Source: Tubulanus polymorphus (lineage: Eukaryota; Animalia; Nemertea). Taken from it: a DNA stretch of 64,000 nucleotides. Shown here piece after piece: positions 35,089 through 49,300 of the stretch. The DNA lies in the NCBI RefSeq assembly GCF_964204645.1, contig NC_134026.1:3247950-3311949 (forward strand). Reading direction: 5' to 3'. Each line of letters starts with the position of its first letter. The first letter of the stretch is position 1. The notes beneath the pieces are model-generated. The model was not told the origin of the DNA. It did no database searches and saw only the letters and a list, made by a program, of their open reading frames with translations. The translations under genes and the position numbers were made by a program.

Positions 35089-37512
35089 TAACAGAGTTCT
35101 TGCACCCCCATTTCGGGCAGTTTGAGATGTGTTGAATTTACTAAATAATCTTAGTCTAGTTTTTAAACCAATTAACTCTAATAAGTGAATTTAATCGATT
35201 ACTTTCATTCTAACTAACGAATATTACACGCCGATTGATTTGATAAGCTTTTCGTATTTATAATCCGGGACAATTTGTTGTTTGATGTGTTTATGGGTAG
35301 GGCTGTTGTCGAACTGTGGATGTAAACAAAAAAAACTTGTGTATAAAGCAAAAGCAATTAAACAGATATTTGGTATGTATTGTAAAACGCTTGGAGACTG
35401 GATTTTCGCTCTAACACTAATTTCTTTACCGATAAAGAAAAGAAAAAAATGATGTATGTCATCGAAGGAGAGGTGATTTAAACGTAATGTATGTAGTTAC
35501 ATTTCTGAATATGTATGCGGGTAGCCTTTAAGATAGAGAGATAATGAATTATTTGCCTGTGGATATTTATTGCTATTAGAAAACATATTTATCGAGGGAT
35601 AATTGTGCTGGCATGCCCCTAAAGCTATTCAGAAAGTAAAGCTGGTATCTGACAGTTTATTCTATGTTTACTATACTTACTCGAGTCAGTATTCGACTGA
35701 CATGTCAGTGTGAGGGCACTGTTTGAGTGAAGTCAGTCTTACTAATGCATAGGACAGTCAGTGGCAGTGACACGCTGTCATGGGTCTCAAGGCAGGGCTT
35801 TTGATATTGAGAATGCTTGGCGGGTGAGCCTGTTTCTTCTGGATACAGGATAAATGAGTAGTCTTTATTTTGGGGGTGTGCCAACCATCAATGTTGACCA
35901 TTTGTTGTATCCCAGTATATAAAACGATGTTTTCTGTGTTTGTAACACATAAAATGCACACACATACATACATATTGTTGCAGGCTTTGAAGTGTGAAGT
36001 TTTTCAGCGACAAATCTTAGTCAAAATTGTACCATCTAGCGTAAAAATCTGGGCTTTTTCCATGGTGCACTGGTAGGAACTGATTGCTATACGGGTGTGA
36101 TGATCACGGAGAGTTATTCAATACATTGGGCTTTGAGGGGACTTCATAAAATCGAAAAACGCGATAATTTCTTTGAATTGTACGTTGCAAGCGTTCATTG
36201 TTCGATAACTCTCCTTGGTGATCTGCCAAAGAACTTGCTGTGATGTCTCGTAACTTGCTTTAATAATGAAATTGATAAATTATTGAGTACCGGTAAAAAA
36301 GATTATCGAAATAACTTATATCAATATTAGACCCGCGAAGAGTTTTTCTTGTTACTAAACTTCATAATAAAATGATATCAATAATTATGATAATAATAAT
36401 TAACTAATCGTTTCTCACAATTAGAAATCTTTCCTCAACAGAATTATCATCTCTCTGCGTGTTATAATTGAATCAAATGAATTAATCAAATTTATATCGT
36501 TAGATTCCTCACTGTAGATGGTGCAGTAGAATGGACCTTTTTGTCGTGAAAGATTTGTTTGTATATTATGAACAAAATTTACTCCAAATTTGGGGCTCAT
36601 AACACCTCGACAATTTGAAACTCAAGCGAAATTATTTTGATTTTTGCAGAACAGGATCAATTTTTTTTTTTGGAACAAACGCATCGCAAATGGTCAGATT
36701 TATATGACGCACAAAATTTGTATATTATTCATTTAAGAATCAGATTATTTTTAAGGCGGACAAATTGGGGAAATATCGACAGAATTGCATTTGATCATAG
36801 ACACTTAACAAAATGAATTAATGTGCTGGAAGGTCGGCCTAAAATGCTCAAGCATCTGGTGGGTGAAAAATGAATAATATCACTTTTTGTTCATTCTCAA
36901 ACATCATTTTTTAATGGAAAGGTCTTACCATAACTACCTCTTGCCTCTTAGCTTGTAATTAACCAGTATTTCCGAAAGCACTTTAATATTTTTGCATTTT
37001 TGCTGTTCCTGAGTGGACACGATCACTATAGTGCTTCGAAAAACCTATAATCACTAAACAAAAAGTAATTTGATAGTTTAAACTAAATTCATCATTAATC
37101 TAGGAATTATTATCTTTAAAAAATGTTTATATAATTAAATATATATAGGTAATTCTTTCTTCATTATGTTATGCTTCAGTGAATTGTTTGTCTTCTAAAG
37201 ACTGCAATTTGCGATTACTTTTTAATTAAAAAGGTGCTTTGAATATATGTAGACTTGTGTTTTGTGAATGTCAGTATTTTTTTTTATTTTTCTCACTGGC
37301 ATTTTGGAAATCAAGTGGTTGTGCAAATTAATTCTTTGCAGCATTAGAAACTTGGAAAAGGAGTATATAGAGTCATTATATTGTTTCAAAAATAAAAAGA
37401 TTTTTCAATGTCATATATTGCTTTGTCGTTCCTTCTCTTATCCTGTCCTTGAAAATGGTGGAGATTCATTCATGTGAAATGGTACCTAAGGAGTTGTGGT
37501 ATCTAATGATTA

Positions 37513-37638
37513 CAGTGGAACCTCGTTATAATGAATACAGTGGAACCTCGTTAAAACGAATGTTGTGGGCTTAAGTGAAATAGTTGTGTATTAAACTGGG
37601 TTTGTGTTTCATCTTTAACAGACTCGGAGGTTCCACTG
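37513..37638. mobile_element. Tc1/mariner(pogo)-type MITE with duplicated left end
   Basis: TA|cagtggaacctc ... gaggttccactg|TA. The left 25-bp unit (tacagtggaacctcgtta.aa.gaa) is tandemly duplicated at 37511 and 37536. Confidence 0.7.
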
Positions 37639-38713
37639 TATTTATCTGAACTAACTCATGGAGGATATGGCTACAGATCTCAACTTATTTCCATCATCCC
37701 AACAGGGTTGTTGTAATGAAGTGATCCATCGTTATTGGAAGAGAATTTTCTAAATATAAAATGAAGCACACAAAGAAATGCAGTTTAGACAACAAAAATA
37801 GGATGTAAGCTATCGGTTATGAGAATTCTCTCATGCACTGTTTGTTTCAAAGCAATCAAGAAAATTCTTTTTATAGAACGAATCACCTTATTCCATGGTA
37901 TCTTTTATACATCAGGAAAGCTGAAAAAATGTTCGGTTCATTCAGTTCCACTCCTTTTTCTCCCAAGGATGATTAGCTAATGGTCAGAGGGGAATTGTCA
38001 GTGGAAACATTTCATTTCGAAAATATGAGAAATATACTCAAATGGCATTAGGTCTTCCAACACACAGGTAGGGGTTGTATTAGTATGAAGTAATGTCGCG
38101 GAGCATCCATGCGTGGCTAAAATTTCATCCACTTCTGATCATATTCCAGTTAAAATGCAAAAAGTCACAGACAAAATTGTTCTATTAAAGATAATTATAC
38201 ATTTTTTTTATTTACAGTAATCCATAGAAAATACATAGCAAAACTGTCCAGATAGATACAAATATACATCTCTGTAGAACAGCATGTTTCTACATTTTAA
38301 TCTATTTACAATAACTATATAATAGGATAATGATAATTCACTTGCCATAGATGAGGTAACAAAAACTAATCAATCATATATATATAGGCATATATATGTA
38401 TATATTACTTTAGTGTCAGTTCTTGACACCAGGTGGCAACATCTAACAGAACTTGCCTCTTTTAAACAACGCACAATCTCTTTATGCGCTTCGATGAAAA
38501 GAATAAAACCGATTAAATGCATTTTATAGTTTCCTAGACTATAAACAAATTTCAAACAATTGGCTCCTTGAATAAATTAGAAGTTTTAAACCAGAACAAA
38601 ATACAAAAGCTTTTCCGAAATCACAAGTCTAATCAATTCTATGGTTCGAGATATGAGAGCACAGAAAAGGGCGACCGACCGAGAATTGCACTGTTTGATA
38701 TAATCTCTGGTGT

Positions 38714-41425
38714 CTATGGCGATTCATTCCCTAAATCAAGTGAATCATCGAAGAACTTCTTCGACTGTTCTACATCTGGACTGCATATATCATTTACCTA
38801 CAAAACAATAAGAACCAAAAAATAATTCATGACAAAAATGGCACGTAAAACATAACAGTTTTGAATTTGGTGTAGAAATGTCTATGGCACTCTCCTGAAG
38901 TTTGCTGTAATGATGTCTCCCTCTGTATAGAAACAAGTAAACCTGTATCAATAGTGTTAAACGTACCATGCAACCTGAATCCTGACTTTGTGTATCACCA
39001 GCGCTACAGTCACCAGATGATGGACAATCTCTTTTCGAACTAGCTCCATTTTCTCCAAAAAGATCTTCAGTACGCCTGAATATATCATCGAACTCATTCA
39101 TAAATCTATTAATTTTCGAAATAATTGCTGTCAGTTTGTTTCAGAAATAACTTTTTCTCTTACAATTTTGGTTCCTTTTTTTCAGCGACTGATTCCCACA
39201 TGTGTATTTTCTTTTTCCATGAACGCACAAGTCCATCCCATCCTCTTCGACTATATTTTTGATATTTACATGGTGTCTTGGGCATGCACTTTTTGCGTTC
39301 ATCCCTGAAAATTAAAAAGAAAACGCACTTGAAATATTTTCTATGATGCTGAGAAAACAACAAGCAAATAGTTCAAGTTTCAGTCAAGACTTTTTCAATA
39401 TTTTTTCAGTTCACAAAATTTTCAATTTTTCTTATACCCAAAACTGTTGTATCATCTAAAACAGAATATAAACTACAGATTTACACATACTTCTTCACTA
39501 CTTCAACATATCTGTGGTAATCTTCGGTATTCTTTCCATAGTCGATCTGTTTTTGTCGTCTCGCGAGAACAGCTTCATCTCCTTCAATCTCCGTACAATC
39601 TGTATTCATTGATGTACTGAAAACAAAATTGAGTCCATAAATAAATCCAAGTCACCTTGATCAGAGTGGCCGATTTCTGCCCATTTACAAATCCTCTGAG
39701 TTTTCCCTGATTTTTTCAGGTTACACAAAAATTCCCTGGTGAATCAATGAAGGTTTGAAATGTCACAATTGATTCTTCAATAAATCATGTATCGATAATT
39801 TGACAAATTCCCAGAGTTTCCCTGTTTTTGTCTAGATTTTTCAGATTCCCTGAGTTTTCCAGGTCAGTGGCCACCCTGTTGATAAACAAACACTATAGTC
39901 ATCAATGCCGGAAGCTTAGCGGTCAGAAATTAACACACCTGACTTCTGATTGGCCACTGCAAGCACTAGATTCAGAAAGACGTAATCTTCTCCTTGAGAC
40001 AGTTTCCTTCAATTTCCTCTCACATTCCTCTACCTGCTCAGCCCAATTAGGTGACTTTACATTCTCTTCCTCAACAGTCGTCGAGTCACTCATTTCAACA
40101 GACTTTGTGTCGTCACTGCTAAAAAGAAAAGCATCCACATGATAATCATAGAACATCGACTTCTATTTCTCAGCAATCTTTATTTACCTTTTGACATTTA
40201 ATGGAGGAAATTCTTTCTCCGTAAATTGAATGTCTTCCTCTTTGTTCTTCTGACTCGTTTGATTATTATTTCGCTTGGCACTAAATCGTCTGTTAGGATT
40301 TCTGCGTCTACATCTGCAATAAAGGAGTTTTGTTAGGCATCTCTTGACGATGGTGACATGTTTTAAAATGTTCATGTTGCAATAAATGTCAATCTCTCCC
40401 ATGATTACTAAAATCATTTATGATTTCAATGAGTTTTTTTTTTCTATTTTCAATATCCACGTGAACTTGATCTCACAGAACACAGCTCCACTGTGAGTTA
40501 GAGTGAATTCTTAAGTTAAATGAACGTAGTTAAACCTACTCAGGTCTGAGGGGTTGTCTATCAGGCCAGGGACCCAATTACTCATGGGTGGTTAATATCA
40601 ACTGTCCAATTCAAAGGATACCGGTACCAAATCCTTTTAAGTCTCTTATGCCTAAACCATAACCTAGTGGCAGGCTATAAACTTTCACCATTTCAAACGG
40701 ATCACTCAAAATGTCGTGAACAGGAACCAGGATATTGTTTGGATAGAATATAAACTTACTGCTGTTCTCTGCGAACTCGCCTTTCTTCTTGCGATGGATT
40801 CATATTTTCTTCCCTCAGCGGACTTCTAAACGGACCTACTTCGTCATTGCAATTGTACTTTTCTGAATGCCTTTAAAAATTATAAAAGCCAAGATAATTA
40901 ACATACTGGTACAGACAAAATATCAAAAAGCAGAATTACCATACTACTGCCACTAGGTTGCTTTGTAGTCTCCTTCATATTTGCATACAACAGCTAGTTA
41001 GTAACCATTGGGAGTTTTACATCACATAGGGCTTTTGGTTTGTGAAAATATCCAAATGTGAAAGTCAACCGGTCCAGTTTGTTCGTATAATAAATGTCTA
41101 TGACTTGACTAAATTGTCACCTGACAGGATCGTAGTTTAACAAGCTTGACTAACCCTGTGCAGCCTTAATAGGCCTTCCTGTATTCCTCAGTTTAAGCCA
41201 AATAACACTAACTAAATCGATATCATAACATACAAGACAGCCACGCGTTATTTAAGTCAGCAATAAATTAATTTAATTTTTTTAGACATGAACACAAAGC
41301 AGGGTAGAGAAAGAAAAAGTTACTAACCTCGCCGGAGGAGAAGCGAGCAGATCATCATCCGACCTTTGTGATTTGTTTTTGAATGACCGGCCACCGAAAG
41401 ACCTTGTTTCGTGATCGCCAATCAT
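38714..41425 (-). CDS. SLBP: Histone RNA stem-loop binding protein
   Basis: Exons (minus) 41425-41328, 40870-40760, 40313-40188, 40118-39939 (NAGNAG acceptor), 39616-39491, 39304-39164, 39105(or 39075)-38967, 38797-38714. RNA-binding domain DEAVLARRQKQIDYGKNTEDYHRY ... PKTPCKYQKYSRRGWDGLVRSWKKKIHMWE, upstream NWAEQVEE motif, acidic C-tail. Confidence 0.92.
39662..39878. mobile_element. Non-autonomous DNA transposon with 5-bp TSD in an SLBP intron
   Basis: TIRs cagagtggcc ... ggccaccctg, flanked by TTGAT on both sides (39657-39661, 39879-39883). Internal aaattccctga(g/t)tttt subrepeats. Confidence 0.7.
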
Positions 41426-41479
41426 TGTTCGATACAAATTAGGGGTTTAATCGTTGATTAATCAGTCTAAGAGCTAAAA

Positions 41480-42320
41480 CAAGTTTTCCCGCGGCGCCGC
41501 GACTTTCTTCAGTACGCGCATGCGTACAGTGTTTTAGCGCCGAGTACAAACCAGGGAATAAACTAATTAAGAAGTGGTCAATTATTATAACTATACATTG
41601 TGAATCGTTTTTGATTGTGTTTCGCACCGGTGACCAAAATTTTATTAGTAATTTTGTGACCTATTGTTTTTGACAGAAACTGTCAAATGTGAGTCTGAGA
41701 GAGAGCGGAGTCTGGAGGATTCCATTGTCTTGTCACAGCTGAGCGATCAGCTGTTTACATCACATCTAGGTCGCAGAGGCGAACAATGGGGTGAATTTAG
41801 ATTAAAGCGAAAAATTATTTTTTCCTTTAAACTATAGGGGTCTTTTGCCAATTTTGATATTTGATTCTCCATTTAGTTGAAATATTTAAATGAAAAAAAT
41901 TGTTTATATTTTCAACTGTCTGTAGGCCTCCTACACCCTATTCGAGTTTTTAATTTTCTATCAAATCAGCTTTATTACACCGTTCTAATGTCTGTGTAGA
42001 TGATTAATGGCATTTTGGTCAGAGGCAAGATTTCTAAAGACCCTTGAATCCTTGATAATTTTGGAATTAGGGATGAAAAAAATTCAAAAAAATTCAAAAG
42101 AAATCACACACCCTCCAAAAAACAGAAATAAAAAAACTAGGGTGGACATGTAAAATCACAATTGTTAATATCAATGTTGTCAAAATGGATAGGATTTTAA
42201 TATCTCATATCTAATATTAATTTTTTTGTCCCGTGTACGGACGGCGTAAGGAGCCTCAAAGAGATCAGTGTTGCGCATGCTCACTAGTGATTGGCAGGAA
42301 ATTTGTGATTTTTCAAACAG
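41480..42320. promoter_or_regulatory. Divergent SLBP/CDC25 promoter region with cell-cycle motifs
   Basis: SLBP side: E2F site TTTTCCCGC 41484-41492 and NRF1-like GCGCATGCG 41516-41524. CDC25 side: TGCGCATGC about 42272, reverse CCAAT (ATTGG 42290-42294) and reverse CHR TTCAAA 42312-42317. Confidence 0.5.
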
Positions 42321-43334
42321 AGCGGCTCTGACTGCATGAATGAGGCTGGAAATACACGAATTGTCCGACGATTTTACTACGCCCTGTTTGTTCATGGGTG
42401 TCAAATGAACGACGGTGATCAAGATATCGAGTAGCCGTCGTATACCGGGTTATAGCGAGCATATAGATAGAGTTTATAGCGGCGTAAACCCGACCAACAA
42501 CATCGAAAACCAACCAAGACCAAGCTGTTCTCATACTTCCGGGTTCGTTGTTATTTTTATTTGTAAAAAATTTGCCGAGCATCAAAATAGTTCCTGATGA
42601 TTATAATCTATATTTTCTTTCGGTCTGAAAAATACTGACGTAGTGCGCTTAATGTTCATCATATATATTGAGAAGTTATGGGTTTTTTAAGTCAAAGCCA
42701 TAGCCAGGCTAGATTTTATTCTTCATCAACGACAACATCACCATCAGCCTTGTTACAATGTTAGCATTGCTGCTGATACTGAGCAGCCTGCAGTAGATGT
42801 TGTGACAGTCCTGTTCTTATCATTGTCAAAACAGGCTGTGGTCTGCAAATCAGATACAACAGTGCAGATACGTGTTGGAACTGACCTAGTTTTTCTAAGG
42901 CTAAATAAATCCAGCATCCACTGTTTCTACACATAGGCTATTTGCTTACCTGTACCATTCTAAGTGTAGGATTATCAGTTTATGAATGGTTTAGGCTGAA
43001 TGATTCAAGAGGATTCAAATGATGCACCTTAATCTCTATTTCTGCAATAATTACATTATTATCTTACTTATCTGTTTATTGCAGCGCTTCATCAACTCGC
43101 AGGATTAGTTCCAGTTCAGAAGCAAGTGCACTGTCAACTAGTTGTATCAATGAAAATTCTACTCCGAATTGTCAACTGAAACTACTGTTGCGGAAAAGGG
43201 CATAATCACCTACAGCCACGGTTCATTAGTAACAGTTTCATATACGGAGTGATATTTGTCTTGTTGGAATGCGCCAGAGATACTTAGTGTTTTTAAATTC
43301 ATAATTTTATCGCGTGTGAATTTCGAGAAAAAGA

Positions 43335-46300
43335 ATGGCAGATTTTACAGATTGTAAGAAACATAAGATTTCATCTCAAATGTTGTCTGCATTCGGTCGC
43401 AGTAACAGTACCGGTATGATGTCACCAGCATCTTCTGTCGGTTCGTCGCCCGGAACCGTATTTTCCCCGATGACAAATTTGGCGATGACGCTCGGTCAGC
43501 TCAACACCAGCTCAGAGTCAGAGAGGTTAGTAGCCTGGATCCAGTTCCACAGATCTGGGCATCTGTTTCACGCCTAATTCTTAAATCGATATAATATCTG
43601 ATAAAATTCTTATATTTATTCAGCTTATCCTAAATCGATTTATGAGTTAGGCCCTAACCCTCTTAGTGAACAAGTATGAGTTAAGATTAGGGTCCAGAAT
43701 GAAAGTAGAACATTGAAAATGATAACTCCCATTATTATTATTAGAAGCTACTGAGAGCAAAATACTTGTTTCCATTCCTGAGGAAAGTTTAGGCATGAAA
43801 GACGGTTGTATCAATGAAATTGAAATAGCTTAAAAAAAAAGGTAAAATTTGAAGGTTATTTTTGTGGCCATATATCTGCATATTTAAATTTGCGCAATTA
43901 ACAATAGAATTTAGTAGGCCTTTTAAAAGCCTGTGAACTTGATTTTATCTAATCTATTAATCATTATCATTAATATATCAAACTATAGGCCCCAGGGGTT
44001 GAGATTGTGTCTACCACCCTACCGCCTTGAGGAGTGAGATTTTTTATTACTGAACCAACAAACCTACCATAAACAACCATTATTCGAATACAATAGTTAA
44101 GATACTTGTTAATTAGTCATCAAACTCATTGAATAAATAAATACTGGCCATGTGCTCCAAAGAATGCTCCACTATAAACTTGATAGTTTGGATCACTGAT
44201 CAACAATCTACTCGTTAATTGCCTGATTGATTGATTAATTAATAACAAGACTCATTTAAGTATGATACAGTACTGGTGATCAGTCGAAGTCGAATTCATT
44301 CAGAGCTTTGCAGCGGATTAGTTCGGTCATGAAGAAAACCAGTACTGAATTATAATCTTAAGCCGATGCCCGATCAGCTAGATTGTTGTCGGATTACGCG
44401 GATGTCAGTTTTTGACAAGTACTGACGCAGTTGATATATATATTTATGATAATTACGATTATGTTGAACTATCATTAGTCGAAGCTGTTTCGAGATAGCT
44501 AACATCTTGCTACGCACGCGCGCAGAAATATTCAGGAATAATAATTATTTTGTTCATAATGCCCGTTCCTCTTAGTCTGGAATTCAATAATATGGTTAAT
44601 ATGTTCGAGTTTTGTAGGTATGTAATGAAAAATAGATATGATACATAGTCTGTATTTGGGTTGTAAACTAATCTGATATTCGACAAATAATATGTGGTAT
44701 TCTCTTTCAGTCTGATCGATACTCCGAAAAGGAAGCTGTCGATGAGTTTGGGATCTCCTACTCCCTCTAGTAGTTGCAGGCCTAGACTGTCGTGGAGCGA
44801 TGGAAAGAAAATGCCATCGCTTGATGAAGTTGGTAAGTTTCGATGGAATAGTATTCAATTTTGACTTTAAAAAGCCTGATTAAAATTAACGAATTTCTGA
44901 ATTCTGTTACATTTCTTCGTCGTTTGAATTAAATTTATCATTTTCGATTCTATTATCAGATGGATCGCCTTTTATTCTAAAATTCCCGAGGTCTACGGAG
45001 AAAAAGTAAGTGTATCGATGAAAATCAAACCTATTCTATGAAATACGGTCTTTTGTGAGATGAATTCCGCTAGAGAGGTTTTTAGAAATGAAGTGCACTA
45101 TAAGGGATATAGTATAGTAATAGAATTGAAACGCCGCGTGAGCCGAGCCTATGGGATTTCATTCTGAACAGGTTTAGTTGAATAAAAGTTTGAAAAATTC
45201 TAAAACGCTTGATCGCGGCGCATTCGCATAATGCGCCACTCGATTCGAAATCAAGAACACGTGGGCCGTATTTGTAAGTATAGCGCGTTCAAACGTCCCG
45301 CGGTTTTACTGCGAACGAACGAACGTCGTCATTTCCATAACAAAGTTCATCGTAACCTTAGAAACACTAGCCGTGCCCCGGCAGATGCACACGTCAGTAT
45401 CGCGATGAAAACAATGGTCGTGAGTTGAGCGGCGTGCCCGCGCTAACAATGGTCATCAGAAGTTCACTGATGGCATTCAAACATGGCACATTACGGCATA
45501 GTCGCGCGGTTTTGTCTTCGGGCTCGGGGAATTCGTAAATAGGATGGCAGCTGCGCTCGTGTACGAGATCAGGTCACTGGGTTTTTACGATCGGAGGCAC
45601 GTCGTTGCGTTCAGCGTCGGCAGATGTTTCAAACGGGCATTAATTTGACATTGACTCGACGAAATTCCTATCGATCATTCTTTTACTTCTGTTCGAATTC
45701 AAGCGAATTTGAATTCCTCGTAATTGGCATTTAACGATCGTGTCGTATAAGAATATGGAAAAATTGATATCTCAGAAATTGATATCTCGGATTGATATCA
45801 CCCGGGCTTTTTAGAAATAGAGGAAATGGCTGTTAGATATATGGAAATTGGAAAGAATACTTTGGCTCATGCATCGTAGACATTGAATGCACGTATTCAA
45901 ATTTAGATTGTAAATGGAAATGATTCTCATTATTTGATTAATGATCTACAAATGGCTACATTTAATCTTTCTTCTCTTTGATAAATGTCTCAGATCTCAA
46001 TATAAGCCCTTATTATTATATTAAAGAAGTCGTTAAGATAAAAGATTTGCATTTATCTTCAAACTGAGTAGAATACAAAGCTTAATCAATGATGAAATAC
46101 TTATTTAATAGTTATTGACTGAGTCATGTTGACTTAAGTTATTAAACTACCAGGTCTAAATGGCCCGGTACTTTAAAACTCTCATCCTAGAGTTTGTTGA
46201 AACTCTCAATATTTGGTGATTGATGGCATTCTGTTTGGGTCAAGAGGATTCCAAATGTTAGTTCCCTCAGAAATATTCTTTGATCTCGAGTATGGAGAGG

Positions 46301-49300
46301 ATTTGGTGTAAATCACTATAAAATTGTTACATGAAAAGATTGATGCTTGAAGAGTGAGACTCAGAGGTGAAAATAGCTCGAAATTGGTGAAAATTGGCTG
46401 AATATTTGAGTTGGATTGTTTTACCTAGCATGGGATATACACACTTGTGGTCGAGCTAGGCCTGTGATCAGGAAAAAGGTGATGAATACAAACACCGGTT
46501 TTTGCCAGTGTGATATTTAGTGATTCAGTATTCATCTCGTACATCTGCTCTGTGATGTAATTCTAAATGCCTATGGGTGCCCTTAGTTTAGCTATGAATA
46601 GTGAGCTTCCTGACTGAGGGCAGCTGGTTGATTCTAGAACCAGCCTATAGCTCGGGCGATATTATAATAGAAATCTGGCATAATAACAACACTTTGGGGT
46701 TGATGAATTAGGATCAAATGGAAATGAATTGGATTTTTCAAAAAATGCTAGATCACCACCGTGGCCACTTTGGGTGATGATCAAATCAGTGGGAAGTTTT
46801 TTCAAAATATTTTATTCTCTGTCTAGTAAAACATTTGGCAGGCCCTATTCCAATTCCATGACACCATTAGTCTCCGGTAAATTCAGACAAATTTGAATCT
46901 GACTAAATTTGAGAAATAAGAATAGATTTTTACAATAAAGGAATCCATGAACATTATACAGAATTAAGAATAAAATTTCGATCGGAGAATATTTACAGAA
47001 TTTATGATTTTTTCCCTCTCGATATTGACTAGAAATGTGCACTTTGTGGCGAGGGTCGAAATGACAGATTGCGAAGTTATTTGGGCGATCGCAGCTTGCA
47101 CGCACATGCATGTATTATTATTGTTCAAGAGAGTTATTACTAGTGCCACCAAATACAAATACGAGCCCAATTCTTTGTTTATTTCGTTTAAAGGATGGCC
47201 CGATGGGGAGCAGTTTTTTTTTGAAGCACGCACATTTTTCGTACGCGTTTAGTATTCGTCATACGACGCGCGTATTCACGACGAGTCAAAAAGGTCGACT
47301 ACTTGAATTCGATTCATAGAATATGTTTCATTTACGTCGAGGCATAACTCATCGAAATTTCTCATTGTGGGTTTGAAATATTTTTAAATCTCATCCCGAC
47401 GGAATAAAAACCTGCCTGAATTCACGGAGCATTTGAGCATGTCCTCTATAGCTAATTCTTTTCTCAAGACCAGAGTTGCAAATATTTACAAAATGATTAG
47501 ATAAATTTTATTAGTTTATCATCTACGTAAACAAGGACAATCTGATGAGTGTCATAGAGAATGATAAATTCATGGCTCTATCTATGTATATATGTTTATA
47601 CTCAATTTTCTGTTAGATTTTGCCTGTTGAATTATTGATGTCTAACTGTCTAGCGAACCAACCGTGAATGTCTCCGGTCTGTAATTATGAAGCAGATGGC
47701 TCGCTAATGTGCCTTATGCCTTCTTGGTTTTAATTGTTCATACAATAATTAGTGAGTAATTGTTCTCTGTTGAATGCTGTGAAATTGATCTGTTCTCGAT
47801 GATGGTGAATTTAGCCAGGGTGTCTACCGTGCCACAGGGAGCTAGTCTTTTATAGTATTCTTTGCAATAATTGATTCTTTCAACGCGACAAGAATGATAC
47901 CTCCTCACTTGGCCATCTTTTTGACCCCGGTGACCAGCCATTGACCTGGTTGGCCTTGATCGTCGCACAATTGAACTTTCTCATCTAAATGAGTCTCTTC
48001 CCCCTTGTGGATCGAACCTAGCCAGGACCTATCTCATTAACGGGTCATACTCAGTTTGGTATAAGAACGACTCCAGGGTATATTTGACTGTTGAATTCGA
48101 AAACCCATATCCTGAAATTGAGATTAAAATAGTAATTTCGAGCGTGCATCAGACAGAAAAATAAGGACCCAGGGTAATCCCCTCCTTTCATAATTTATGA
48201 GCATCTATTTGTATAGAACTTAAAATTTATAGTTTGGCAAAGTTATCCTACTCAGATAATATTTCATATCCTAATTTTTCTAGCTAAGAATATTTTGTGA
48301 AAGAACTAGGATGGTTGCGTTTTTAAAATCATTCACAAAGAATGAAATTTTTCGTTCGATGTAAATAATGATTTTATATCCATACATTCGGATATAATAT
48401 ACCTGTCGATTTGAAAAAGGCGTTGAAAATTTGGGATAGTACACGTTTATACAAACATGCCTACTGAGTATTGAGGGCTCAGAAGTAGACACTGATGAAT
48501 TGAATGCAATAAAGCCACTCTAGAATTCACAGTTAATTGTGCCGGGATAGAGGTTCAAATATGGACAAGTACGCCTAGTAACAACACTGACTGAGTGTTC
48601 TATGATACGCGCCCGTAGAAAGAGTTCGATTAGAAACCACACAGAAAACTGGTTCTTTCCGAGCCATTATATCAATTTTCGATAATATTATGGTAATAAA
48701 ACTGTTGTGCCGTGTTCATGAATATATTCAAATCACGCAGCGTAGTGAAGGAAGGCATCAAAGCGATTTCTTTGTCCGAAAAGCGCTCACATCTCTTGCA
48801 TACTTGTTTTTATACATCGCAATTTTTAACTTATGATTTTCTGCCTTAATTCGTAGAGCACTGTCATAGACTGCTGTTAGTCGATGCATTTTTCGAATTT
48901 TCGATACGTTTTCAAATGATGCAACTGACTGACAGAGACCTCATGTGGAGTAATGTGTCGGTAATCAGAGCATGAATTCTCTCAATGTCAACTTCCTCTC
49001 TGAGAGTCGCCAAATACTCATGCGCCCTGGGCTTAGATTCGAAATGTGTGTTGAGCAATAATAATATCATCCAGGCAAAAGGTAGCAAAGATTGTCTGAG
49101 ATTTTATGTCCATATAAGGCTTTTCACTATAGACAATGCAATGTGTTTGATTAGCTATCAGCTAATAATAAGCTTCAGGCAGTTTTGGGGGACGAATTTG
49201 GCATAGACTTAACTTGTCAAAAGAGAGATACAATAAATCCCTATACTAAAATTACAAGTATGTGTCTTAGTAGACAGGTTAACACTTTCACCTTTTAATC

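Noticed and set aside
47990-48080. Minus-strand GGTTCGATCC B-box-like motif suggesting a tRNA or SINE
   Set aside because: No cloverleaf, A box or second copy could be seen.
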